Source of the DNA: a virus
Lineage: Duplodnaviria; Caudoviricetes
Length of the DNA: 34,985 nt
Virus record (IMG/VR): IMGVR_UViG_3300048670_000591
Span: 1-34,985 of that record
Reading direction: 5' to 3' (one strand)
The notes under the pieces were generated by a model. That model did not search any database. It worked only from the letters and a program-made list of their open reading frames with translations, and was not told the origin of the DNA. The number at the start of each line of letters is the position of its first letter. Within the stretch, counting starts at the first letter, position 1. Positions 19,295 through 27,243 of the stretch are shown piece by piece. The position numbers and the translations under genes were made by a program.

Positions 19295-19794
19295 CGATGG
19301 AAGTGATTCTTCATCTTGGTGGCAACTATGAACGAGCCATCACAGCAGCAAAGTTAGCGGCCCTGCACCCTGAAAGCAAAGTGGTGGTGTCGTCTGAAGG
19401 GCAAGGCTTTGCTGGCTACTACGAAGCTGCTGGCATTGCCCCAGAGCGCATCATTATTGACAATGCAGCATGGGACACCGTGACGAATTTTACGCACACC
19501 TATAAGCTTCTTACGGGCTTGGGCTGTTCGCGCTTGTTTGTAGTCACAGACCTTTTCCATTGTTACCGCTCTGGGCTCATTGCATTGGCTTGCTGGGGCG
19601 GCAGGGTGCCTTTTTACATGGTGCCGCATGGTGATAGCGTGCTTGAAAGCGATGAAGCGCTTGGATGGGCTGATTTTGCAAGGACATTATGCTGGCGCCT
19701 CTTTAACTTGATTCCTTTCAGTAAGACAGTAAGAAAGCAGCGAGTGCCGGGTTATCAGCTAAGCAATGAGCATGGGCGTGAAATTGGTATTTAG
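19291..19794 (+). CDS. YdcF/ElyC/SanA (DUF218) family protein
   Basis: ILHLGG..R...A..L, GIAPERIIID..AWDTVTNF and VVTDLFHCYRS motifs of DUF218. Confidence 0.85.
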   Translation: MTMEVILHLGGNYERAITAAKLAALHPESKVVVSSEGQGFAGYYEAAGIAPERIIIDNAAWDTVTNFTHTYKLLTGLGCSRLFVVTDLFHCYRSGLIALACWGGRVPFYMVPHGDSVLESDEALGWADFARTLCWRLFNLIPFSKTVRKQRVPGYQLSNEHGREIGI

Positions 19795-19827
19795 GGCTTA
19801 AACTTTGAGAGTTATTTCTTTTTAGCC

Positions 19828-19971
19828 ATGGCAGTCAAGAGTAAAGGAGGCAGTGCAGCCCTAAAGCGTGAGCACCTTCCAGGAGCCCCTAAGCTGACTA
19901 GGCAGGGCAATGGAAAACGAAGCAAGCCGTCTCATGGCAGGAAGAAATTGCGTGGGCAGGGAAAAAGCTAG
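19828..19971 (+). CDS. Small basic conserved-type phage peptide (47 aa)
   Basis: Translated by hand: MAVKSKGGSAALKREHLPGAPKLTRQGNGKRSKPSHGRKKLRGQGKS. The K.TRQG.G..SK...RGQGK pattern recalls small cyanophage proteins; a terminator follows. Confidence 0.8.
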   Translation: MAVKSKGGSAALKREHLPGAPKLTRQGNGKRSKPSHGRKKLRGQGKS

Positions 19972-19974
19972 TCG

Positions 19975-20003
19975 TTGACAAGCGCTTCGTTCATGGCTAG
20001 CCT
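19975..20003 (+). promoter_or_regulatory. sigma70-like promoter TTGACA-N17-TAGCCT
   Basis: Perfect -35, 17-nt spacer and TAnnnT -10, upstream of ATG 20027. Confidence 0.65.
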
Positions 20004-20023
20004 ACGGGCTGGCCTTTTTCTTT
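19995..20023 (+). terminator. Rho-independent terminator
   Basis: GGCTAGCC-TACG-GGCTGGCC (cUACGg tetraloop) followed by TTTTTCTTT. Confidence 0.85.
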
Positions 20024-20026
20024 GCC

Positions 20027-20275
20027 ATGCCTTTCGTTAACACCATTTCCTTTTCCCATCGCTTCTCTGATGATGGCGCTGCGAGCGATTGTTGTTCTTA
20101 TCAAGAAATTAACCACATTTACAGCGCCGATAATGCCAATGCAATGGCGCGTTCTTATGTGCAATTTATGCTTGCCTGTGGTTACGCTCCTTCTAGTGTA
20201 TTAGGGAGCATGGAAACTATCGCCTCTGAATACAGTGAGGCATGGGGCTACAATGGGAAAGAAATAGTACAGTGA
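20027..20275 (+). CDS. Hypothetical protein (non-structural-looking)
   Basis: 82-aa ATG ORF with its own promoter-like element. Confidence 0.7.
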   Translation: MPFVNTISFSHRFSDDGAASDCCSYQEINHIYSADNANAMARSYVQFMLACGYAPSSVLGSMETIASEYSEAWGYNGKEIVQ

Positions 20276-20279
20276 AGCC

Positions 20280-20624
20280 GTGGTAGAGCCTGGTCACCAT
20301 GACATAACCTTGCATCAAGGCGCTACTTTTGAGTTGCCTGTGCAATACAGGGATAGTACAAACACCCCTGTCAACATGAGCGGTTATACCGTTAGTGGCA
20401 CTGTATGGAACAGAACGGGAACGGCTAAGCTCGCCACTTTTTCTTCTCCATGGACCGTCCAGGCAAGCGGAAGCTTTAAGCTGCGTTTGGATGCCAGCGT
20501 AACTAGCGGCATCACAGAGCAAGGTCAGTATGACTTGCTCATCACTCAGCCCAATGGGGATAAGTTTTATCTACTTGAGGGCACGGTATTCTGGAATCCT
20601 GGCCTTACCGGGAGGGGAGTTTAA
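20280..20624 (+). CDS. Virion adaptor-like protein (QGATF family)
   Basis: DITLHQGATF..PVNMSGY..YDLLIT....LLEG pattern; GTG start. Confidence 0.7.
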   Translation: MVEPGHHDITLHQGATFELPVQYRDSTNTPVNMSGYTVSGTVWNRTGTAKLATFSSPWTVQASGSFKLRLDASVTSGITEQGQYDLLITQPNGDKFYLLEGTVFWNPGLTGRGV

Positions 20625-20893
20625 TGGCTGAAATTATTGTCGAAAAGCAATTAAGCAATGTAGTTATTGTTGACAACAGTAGCAACATTGAAGTGGTTCA
20701 AGAGGCCGCAAATATTGTTATTAGCACTGTTGGAATACAAGGGCCGGTGGGACCATCTGGACCTTTTTTTGGTGTGCCATTCTTTATACAATCCGGCCAG
20801 CCTTCTTTGGCTCAATACTCTGGCTATACTACTTATGCTTGGTGGCAAACCTCTAGCGGTAATACCACTCTCTGGATTGAGGACGGCTTGTAA
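20624..20893 (+). CDS. Small virion protein with short Gly-X-Y stretch
   Basis: GIQGPVGPSG; terminal LWIEDG; TAATG-coupled. Confidence 0.65.
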   Translation: MAEIIVEKQLSNVVIVDNSSNIEVVQEAANIVISTVGIQGPVGPSGPFFGVPFFIQSGQPSLAQYSGYTTYAWWQTSSGNTTLWIEDGL

Positions 20894-20895
20894 TT

Positions 20896-23319
20896 ATGGC
20901 TCTTCAAAACGCCTTTGGCAATTTAGCGTTAGACGCCACTGTTTCAGGCATTGTAAGCACTCTCTCTGATAATCTTCCAGGCATTAGCAAGGAAGTAACT
21001 GTCTCTGGTATTGCACAAGCAATTGCAAGCGGCGTGGATGTCCATCCGTCAACGTTGTCATTAAAGCTAAGGGAATCTTTTGAAAGCTTTGTTGCGGGAA
21101 CACGATGGAATTTATCTACGGCATCTGGTGATATTGTTCAATTAGATGGAAATGCTGTTTCGGCTTCCTATCTAGTAATTTCAAAAGATGCATTGACACT
21201 TGGCTCTGAAACTGTCCTAACCAGTGTTGATTCGTTTCAAATGCCTTTTGAGACGGCAGTGGGACTCAGCATGTCCCAACGCGTTTTGGGTCAAGAGCTT
21301 TCAATGGAACTGGTGTCTACAGACACTGCGCTTCCTGTAGTTCCAGAAATCGCCATTGCAAGCATTAGTCAAGCAACCACCACTCTTACTGTTAACACTG
21401 CAACTGCTCATGGCCTAGTGCCCGGTAAGCGCATTGGCATTTATGGCGTAACCGACAGTCGTTTTAACTATCCATCGTTGGTTGTTGCAAGCACTCCTTC
21501 AACCACTCAATTTACTTGTACTGCTGGCCCTACTGGCACCATCGCAAGCGTTACTGCTGGTCCATTTACAAGTGGTTTTGTTTATTTTAGACCAGCACTT
21601 GGCTATGCAAATGATGGCGTTTCAGAAATTTTTGAAAACGCATCAGCGACTAATGCTTCTTTTTATGTTCGTGCCGATAGTGGTGACTCACTTCCAACTG
21701 GCACTGCCAACGCCAACCATTCTGTCACAATTGCTAGCACTTCTTCCCTTCAATCCATTGCCGCTGCTTTCACTTATTCATTTTTACCCACTTCAGAGTA
21801 CAGAATTATCTTGCAACCAGACCGGATACACTTTCTAGATCTACCGGTAGATTCAATTACGAGTATTCCATTAGTGCGAACTGTTAGAACTCAAGTGACT
21901 CCTAATTCATTAAAAAATTATAAATTGCGTTTTCGCGTAACAAGCAATAAAGGACTGACTATTCCCATTGCAAAGATTGTTTCTGCCGTAAAAAGTGCGT
22001 CTGCCGTTGCAACTATTACCACTAGCAGTCCTCATGGTTTGACCACTGGTGACTTTATTGCAATTTACGGCATTCGCGATCAAACAAACTTTGCAAACCT
22101 AACAACGGCCACACAGGTGGCTTCTACGCCCACTTCAACAACTTTTACTATTTCATTTGGAGCCAATACTACCGCCACTGGCTATGGGGGAATGGTCGCT
22201 CGCGTGCAAGGTAGCAATATTCCCGCATCGTTTACTACAGTTGCGGTGCAATCAGCGGCCAACGACGGCACATCCCTTACGCTTGTTGGCAGCACTAACT
22301 GGACATGGTTGATTGGGGACTACGTTAATGTTTATGGTTGCCGGGACAATAGCACTGGTGCTGATCTGAACGTTGATGGCACTTATCGAGTGGCAAGCGT
22401 TGCAACTACCACTTTAATTCTTCAACCCATTGGAAGCACTGTGCTTCCTGCAAGTTTTGCTACAACTAACGCTGGCGGAACAACGGTAAAGCGTACTGAT
22501 GCGCGTTTGCATTTTGCACGAATTTTTGATTATTTGCGAGAGCGTGTTGAGATGCAATCACATGCGACTGGCGCTGCAGCGGTGCCGGTTCACATTACTA
22601 CTTTTGGCTCTGCTATTTCTTTAAACTCAAACCAAGCAATTAATTTTCAACCACCCGGAGTTGTTAACGATGTTTCGTCGGGCGCCATAACAACTACAAC
22701 AACTACCGCAGCGATTACACCAGGACTAGGAAGTGCCTATCAGGTGAATATTGCAATTACCGCAGTGGCAGGCACGACTCCTACACTTGATTTTTCCATT
22801 GAAGAAAGCGACGACTCGGGAACCAACTGGTTCAAGGTGTACGACTTTCCGCGTATTACCGCCACGGGTATATATCGCAGTCCAATTATTCGCATAGTTG
22901 GCAACCGCTTGCGTTATGTACAGACAATTGCAGGGGCTGGAGCATCATTCACTCGCTCAGTTAACCGCCTTCAGACCAACACCAACTCTGAACCTTTGCG
23001 TCAATTAATTGATCGCACAATTTCGCTTACCACTTTAAATAGTGCCACCCCATCTCTTGATACACGAGATTGTGGCAACAGGCTGCAGTTAATCATCGCT
23101 GCGGGTGCAATCACCATCACGACTCCTGAATTGCAACTTGAGGGGTCTGACGACAACGGCGCATCCTGGTACTTAATTGGCACTCCATTGACGGCAGTAG
23201 CAAGCGGCACCGTTCAAGAAACCGTCGTTGATATTAATTCGGCCTTGACAAGGGCTCGTGTATCTACGGCTGGAGTTGGTGTCACCCCAAACTACGTGAT
23301 GATTAAAGGCCACGATTAA
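20896..23319 (+). CDS. Large Thr/Ser-rich virion protein (807 aa) with duplicated T..HGL..G module
   Basis: TATAHGLVPGKRIGIYG / TSSPHGLTTGDFIAIYG repeats; two E(E/G)SDD.G..W beta domains at the C-terminus. Confidence 0.8.
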   Translation: MALQNAFGNLALDATVSGIVSTLSDNLPGISKEVTVSGIAQAIASGVDVHPSTLSLKLRESFESFVAGTRWNLSTASGDIVQLDGNAVSASYLVISKDALTLGSETVLTSVDSFQMPFETAVGLSMSQRVLGQELSMELVSTDTALPVVPEIAIASISQATTTLTVNTATAHGLVPGKRIGIYGVTDSRFNYPSLVVASTPSTTQFTCTAGPTGTIASVTAGPFTSGFVYFRPALGYANDGVSEIFENASATNASFYVRADSGDSLPTGTANANHSVTIASTSSLQSIAAAFTYSFLPTSEYRIILQPDRIHFLDLPVDSITSIPLVRTVRTQVTPNSLKNYKLRFRVTSNKGLTIPIAKIVSAVKSASAVATITTSSPHGLTTGDFIAIYGIRDQTNFANLTTATQVASTPTSTTFTISFGANTTATGYGGMVARVQGSNIPASFTTVAVQSAANDGTSLTLVGSTNWTWLIGDYVNVYGCRDNSTGADLNVDGTYRVASVATTTLILQPIGSTVLPASFATTNAGGTTVKRTDARLHFARIFDYLRERVEMQSHATGAAAVPVHITTFGSAISLNSNQAINFQPPGVVNDVSSGAITTTTTTAAITPGLGSAYQVNIAITAVAGTTPTLDFSIEESDDSGTNWFKVYDFPRITATGIYRSPIIRIVGNRLRYVQTIAGAGASFTRSVNRLQTNTNSEPLRQLIDRTISLTTLNSATPSLDTRDCGNRLQLIIAAGAITITTPELQLEGSDDNGASWYLIGTPLTAVASGTVQETVVDINSALTRARVSTAGVGVTPNYVMIKGHD

Positions 23320-23370
23320 TTTGACTTTTGATCTAGCATAGATTAATTAGCAAATAATTATTATGGGACA

Positions 23371-23523
23371 AACAGTATTTTCAGTGATGCCACTGGCAGT
23401 ATTGTTTCTAATGACAAATTGAACAGTAGTTCCACTAGCCCTTAGGATGATACCACTGTCATTGGCAAAGTATCCCACTTCTTGAATCAAACCATTCTGC
23501 GGCCTACCGCCAACAAAACTTCG
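23371..23523 (-). pseudogene. Inverted fragment of an RYQPG-family virion protein gene
   Basis: Minus-strand frame reads RSFVGGRPQNGLIQEVGYFANDSGIILRASGTTVQFVIRNNTASGITENTV; no credible start; lies in an AT-rich intergenic gap. Confidence 0.55.
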
Positions 23524-23560
23524 GTTTTGGTATGATATTAGATAAAGGATTACCATACAG

Positions 23561-24127
23561 ATGGCACAGCTCATTGTCAATGGCGAACAGTACGAAAGCT
23601 TTTTGCTGGGAGGAGATGTTGATGGAGCTTCCGTTACTGTGGATGGTAAAGCATACCGCACCACCGCCACCTTCACCCGCCCCAGCAACACCACTGCTTA
23701 CACCGCTGGCGACGTTGTTGGCGCAACTGGCGGATCAGCGATCCACACACTGACCACGGCAGGGCCAAGCGGCGGATATGTTTTGATCCAGTCAATCTCA
23801 ATGGCAACGCATGACACTTCGGTGCCATCAGGAATGTCGTCCTTTAGGGTGCATTTTTACAATGCAAGCCCGACCGCCATTGCTGACAATGCAGCCTTTG
23901 ATCTTCTGGCTGCGGATCATGGTAAGTATCTGGGCTTCGTTGACCTGCCTACACCGCAAGACTTTGGCAGTTCAATTTACACGCAAACCGACTACCCCGG
24001 CAGGCTGATCAAGTTGGCAGCGGCTAGCACAAGTTTGTTTGTTGAGATTGAAACCAAGGGCGCCTTCACGCCTGTGTCCGCTGTGACATTTGATTTGTCT
24101 GTAGTTACCCTAGAGGCTGGTCTGTAA
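23561..24127 (+). CDS. Hypothetical virion protein
   Basis: FTRPSNTTAYTAGDVVG motif; preceded by TG-N-TATGAT extended -10-like element (23528-23536). Confidence 0.75.
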   Translation: MAQLIVNGEQYESFLLGGDVDGASVTVDGKAYRTTATFTRPSNTTAYTAGDVVGATGGSAIHTLTTAGPSGGYVLIQSISMATHDTSVPSGMSSFRVHFYNASPTAIADNAAFDLLAADHGKYLGFVDLPTPQDFGSSIYTQTDYPGRLIKLAAASTSLFVEIETKGAFTPVSAVTFDLSVVTLEAGL

Positions 24128-25197
24128 TGCGAGGCTCCGCAGCGTTCCGGGTAGCAGTAGCGCCTGGTGGCGCATTAGCTGGCCCATGGGTGCGTAACGC
24201 GCTGTGGACTGCTGCCCGCGCAGTGCCATCGCTTGACCTGCGCTTTGCTGACAACAAGAGCCTGGTTGATGCGGTCACTGGTGCGTCGCTGGTCACGTTC
24301 ACCCGCGCCAGCTCCGGTACGTTCGTCGGCAGCGATGGGGTGTTGCAGACGGCAGCTACTGATGTGCCGAGGTTCGACCACGACCCCACGACCGGCGAGA
24401 GCTTGGGGCTGCTGGTGGAGGAGGCGAGGACTAATTTGCTGGTGAACAGCAGCACTCTTTCAACCCAAAGCGCCACCGTTACCGCTGTCGCTCACACCCT
24501 TCATTTTACCGGCACCGGCACCATCACGCTTACAGGTGCCAGCACCGCCGGCCCGCTGGTTGGCACCGGCACTGGTGAGGCTAACCGGGTAAGCCTGACG
24601 TTTACACCAACCGCAGGCAGCCTGACGCTGACAGTAAGCGGCACTGTTACTAATGCACAGTTGGAGGCAGGAGCGTTTCGGACTTCTTATATTGCTACTA
24701 CGGGATCAACCGCAACCCGCGCCGCAGATGTGGCCAGCATTACGGGCAGTGCGTTTAGTTCGTGGTTTCGACAGGATGAGGGTACAATGTTTGTTGATGG
24801 ATCGACTCCTGCTTTTACCGGAACTACTGGATTTGTAGCAATAAATCCTGTTGCAAATAATAACAGGCTTGAAATTCGACAAGGGCGCGTTGGTCCTATC
24901 GTAACAGGAGCCACCACTAGCGTTATTTGGACTCAAATTATTGCAGGCCCTGCTTTAGTTGCAAATACGTCATATAAGCAAGCTGTGGCATTTTCAAGCG
25001 CAAGCCACGGAAGCTCTATTGCAGGAGCCTTGGAGACTTCGACGACCGTAATTCCAGTCATTGCCGCGACTCGACTTATGTTTGGAGTAAGGGATGGCCT
25101 AACCGCTCCTACTGGTGGGTCCAGCAGCACGATCCGCCGCTTCACCTTCTTCCCCCAACGCCTCCCCAACCCCACGCTGCAATCCATCAGCCAATGA
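24127..25197 (+). CDS. Spike/fibre protein with FTRAS..PRFDH..GLLVEE domain and ConA-like C-terminus
   Basis: PSLDLRF..FTRASSGT..PRFDHDPTTGESLGLLVEEARTNLL; AQLEAGAFRTSYI..TRAAD; homologous to the N-terminus of 14398..18372. Confidence 0.8.
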   Translation: MRGSAAFRVAVAPGGALAGPWVRNALWTAARAVPSLDLRFADNKSLVDAVTGASLVTFTRASSGTFVGSDGVLQTAATDVPRFDHDPTTGESLGLLVEEARTNLLVNSSTLSTQSATVTAVAHTLHFTGTGTITLTGASTAGPLVGTGTGEANRVSLTFTPTAGSLTLTVSGTVTNAQLEAGAFRTSYIATTGSTATRAADVASITGSAFSSWFRQDEGTMFVDGSTPAFTGTTGFVAINPVANNNRLEIRQGRVGPIVTGATTSVIWTQIIAGPALVANTSYKQAVAFSSASHGSSIAGALETSTTVIPVIAATRLMFGVRDGLTAPTGGSSSTIRRFTFFPQRLPNPTLQSISQ

Positions 25198-25475
25198 CTT
25201 ACTTCCTCCGCTTCCCCGACGAATCCACCTGGACCGCTGCTGCCACTGAGGCTGGGTTCATCACAGATGACACCTTGGCTGCTTACACCCACGACTATGC
25301 GATTGATGTTGTGGGCACCATAACCCGTGGCGGTGAGTACGACGTTGAAACCGGTGATGTGATTGTTGCGCCGACCGAGCTTGATGGCTGGCATGTGAAC
25401 TATGCCGGTGAGCCACCTGAGGCGTGGGCGCAGTATCTGGTGACGCCGCAGCACCCGGCTAGGGTGTGGGCATGA
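25194..25475 (+). CDS. Small acidic protein, probable fibre partner/chaperone
   Basis: LRFPDE..IDVVGTI..GWHVN..P..P.RVWA; ATGA-coupled to the fibre gene. Confidence 0.7.
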   Translation: MTYFLRFPDESTWTAAATEAGFITDDTLAAYTHDYAIDVVGTITRGGEYDVETGDVIVAPTELDGWHVNYAGEPPEAWAQYLVTPQHPARVWA

Positions 25476-25560
25476 ACTTAATGTTTTGTTTTGCGCTGTG
25501 ACGGAACGATGCTTCTTGCTTGCAAAAGTAGTGTAAATTAAAGCATCATGCTTCCTGTCC

Positions 25561-25929
25561 ATGGAAAAATGCGACAAATATCAATCCGCAAAGGACTGGC
25601 TGAATTCTCCTGATCTAAAGGCGCTTCGGGGGGCATGGTGCGAAGCCGAAAAGCGTCAAAAAGCTGAAGACGATGCTTGGTGGGATAGCCTTGATTACGA
25701 TGGCAAAAGCCAAGCATTTAGGCAAATTGTAAAACTAATGTACAGAGCAGAAGTAATAGAAAGGGGCTCATATCGTCATGCGCTTTATGAAGTGTTTGGT
25801 CTTGAATATGGCGACGGCTTGGCTTATTACATGCAGCTTCATAATCTTATTGGTCAGGGTCTTGCAGCGGAACAGAAAGCTTGCACGAAGGATGATAAGG
25901 ATGTACGCAATGATGATACATGCGACTAG
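25561..25929 (+). CDS. Hypothetical phage protein
   Basis: 122 aa; WWDSL..GSYRHALYEVFG..Y..LHN. Confidence 0.7.
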   Translation: MEKCDKYQSAKDWLNSPDLKALRGAWCEAEKRQKAEDDAWWDSLDYDGKSQAFRQIVKLMYRAEVIERGSYRHALYEVFGLEYGDGLAYYMQLHNLIGQGLAAEQKACTKDDKDVRNDDTCD

Positions 25930-25978
25930 CCATTGCCATTCCTAAGGAAAATATTGCCAAGCCAACAATGATTTCCAT
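25847..25978 (-). CDS. Possible 43-aa membrane peptide at the end of the lysis cassette
   Basis: MEIIVGLAIFSLGMAMASRMYHHCVHPYHPSCKLSVPLQDPDQ; overlaps the 3' end of the opposite-strand ORF. Confidence 0.35.
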   Translation of the reverse strand: MEIIVGLAIFSLGMAMASRMYHHCVHPYHPSCKLSVPLQDPDQ

Positions 25979-25997
25979 GGTAACAACTTATCTCTTT

Positions 25998-26396
25998 TTA
26001 TTTTAAGCCGTCCAGGGTCCAAGTAATGCGTAGTTCGCCGCCAAGAGCTTTAACGTCGTCGCTGGCGCTCTCAGGAGCCTCGTGGACAATCATTACGGAA
26101 GGGACAATGGCATTGGGCAGGGGAGTTATTGTGGCGGCTGGAAACAGCTCCTGGGCTTTGCTGGCAAGCTTAGTGGCAATAGTTTCACGCTCTTCCTTTT
26201 CCCATTGCTTCACCAAGGTAGCAGCTTGCTCGTCTACTTTCTTAATAGTTTGTTCAGTTTTCCATGCTGTCCAATCTGGCTTGCACCAATTAATCAGCAC
26301 GACAAACCATGGTTGCAAGCGCAATGAAGGCCGCTTGTTAGCAGCCCACATGGCTAGCTCATAACAAAGTGCATTAAAGGCAGCTTGACTTGTCAT
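25998..26396 (-). CDS. Hypothetical protein coupled to the endolysin
   Basis: ATG at 26396 overlaps the endolysin TGA (ATGA); 132 aa starting MTSQAAFNALCYELAMW. Confidence 0.7.
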   Translation of the reverse strand: MTSQAAFNALCYELAMWAANKRPSLRLQPWFVVLINWCKPDWTAWKTEQTIKKVDEQAATLVKQWEKEERETIATKLASKAQELFPAATITPLPNAIVPSVMIVHEAPESASDDVKALGGELRITWTLDGLK

Positions 26397-27067
26397 TTGC
26401 GCACGAGGATGGCCCATCCGCCTGTGCCATTGACTCTCCATCGAGGAAGCCAATTAGCCTTGCCGTAAGACACATTATTACCACCACTGGCGCTTGAATA
26501 GCCACCATTGATTATATTTGCTCTGCCGTAGGGGTCATTGTGAATGTATGCTTGACTGTTGAAGCCAACTACTACGCTCCAATGCCCTCCTCCAGAAGGA
26601 GCACTAGCACTACCATGATGCAGCCAGCCCACGGGCACTGGCCTGCCTTCTTTAATTTCATTCTGCAGCAACGTTTCCGTGCCGTCAGTAATGAATGAAG
26701 CCTTTAAGCCAAGTGATTGCAGGGCTTTTACTTGTGCATCAGCATTAGTAGTGTCACCAAATCGTGCGCGGATGACATTGTATTCATCATCGCCTTTGAC
26801 TTTGCCATAGTAAGCCGCGACCATTGCGCAAGAACTGCTAAAGCATTCCCTGCTGCCTTGCCCTGAGGCATTGTCACGCTGGCTGAAGTAAGGCACAATC
26901 AATGGATTGGAAGGCTTCAATGTAGGAGCAGCTCTATAAAGCTCTGCAAATTCCTCTAGATCAGCTTCCGTAAGCTGTTCTTGAAGCCAATTCCAAGCAG
27001 CAATTTGATGGCTTTCCTCTGTGTAATACTTTGCAGCACTAGACAGACGAATGGGAGAAGTGCTCAT
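26393..27067 (-). CDS. Endolysin candidate, peptidase C39-like (papain fold)
   Basis: VPYFSQRDN, RECFSSSCAM (Cys), GGGHWSVVVG (His), HNDPYG (Asp); N-terminal AKYY...HQIAAWNWLQ helical module; adjacent to two small membrane ORFs. Confidence 0.82.
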   Translation of the reverse strand: MSTSPIRLSSAAKYYTEESHQIAAWNWLQEQLTEADLEEFAELYRAAPTLKPSNPLIVPYFSQRDNASGQGSRECFSSSCAMVAAYYGKVKGDDEYNVIRARFGDTTNADAQVKALQSLGLKASFITDGTETLLQNEIKEGRPVPVGWLHHGSASAPSGGGHWSVVVGFNSQAYIHNDPYGRANIINGGYSSASGGNNVSYGKANWLPRWRVNGTGGWAILVRK

Positions 27068-27076
27068 CAGTAATGA

Positions 27077-27220
27077 TCAGCCTTTCACGCGAAAGATTGC
27101 TTTAAGGCCAGTCAAGACCAGTTGAACAATGTTATTGCTCTTGTAGGGAGTGTGCTGAATCACTTGATCCAGGGCTGCAATAGCAATACCGCCAATCACG
27201 AACCATTCAATGCCAGTCAT
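27077..27220 (-). CDS. Small holin-like membrane protein (47 aa)
   Basis: Translated by hand: MTGIEWFVIGGIAIAALDQVIQHTPYKSNNIVQLVLTGLKAIFRVKG; immediately upstream of the endolysin. Confidence 0.65.
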   Translation of the reverse strand: MTGIEWFVIGGIAIAALDQVIQHTPYKSNNIVQLVLTGLKAIFRVKG

Positions 27221-27243
27221 AATAGAAAAGCGTTTTGTAAAGC

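Noticed and set aside
23347-23694. 115-aa minus-strand ORF as a functional gene
   Set aside because: Its 5' half is antisense to the 23561 gene; only the 51-codon relic part looks protein-like.
14398-25197. Diversity-generating retroelement acting on fibre genes
   Set aside because: No reverse transcriptase, and no near-identical TR/VR pair differing at adenines was seen; similarity between fibre genes is only at protein level.
24933-25577. 214-aa minus-strand ORF
   Set aside because: Antisense to two well-supported plus-strand genes, with no recognisable motif.
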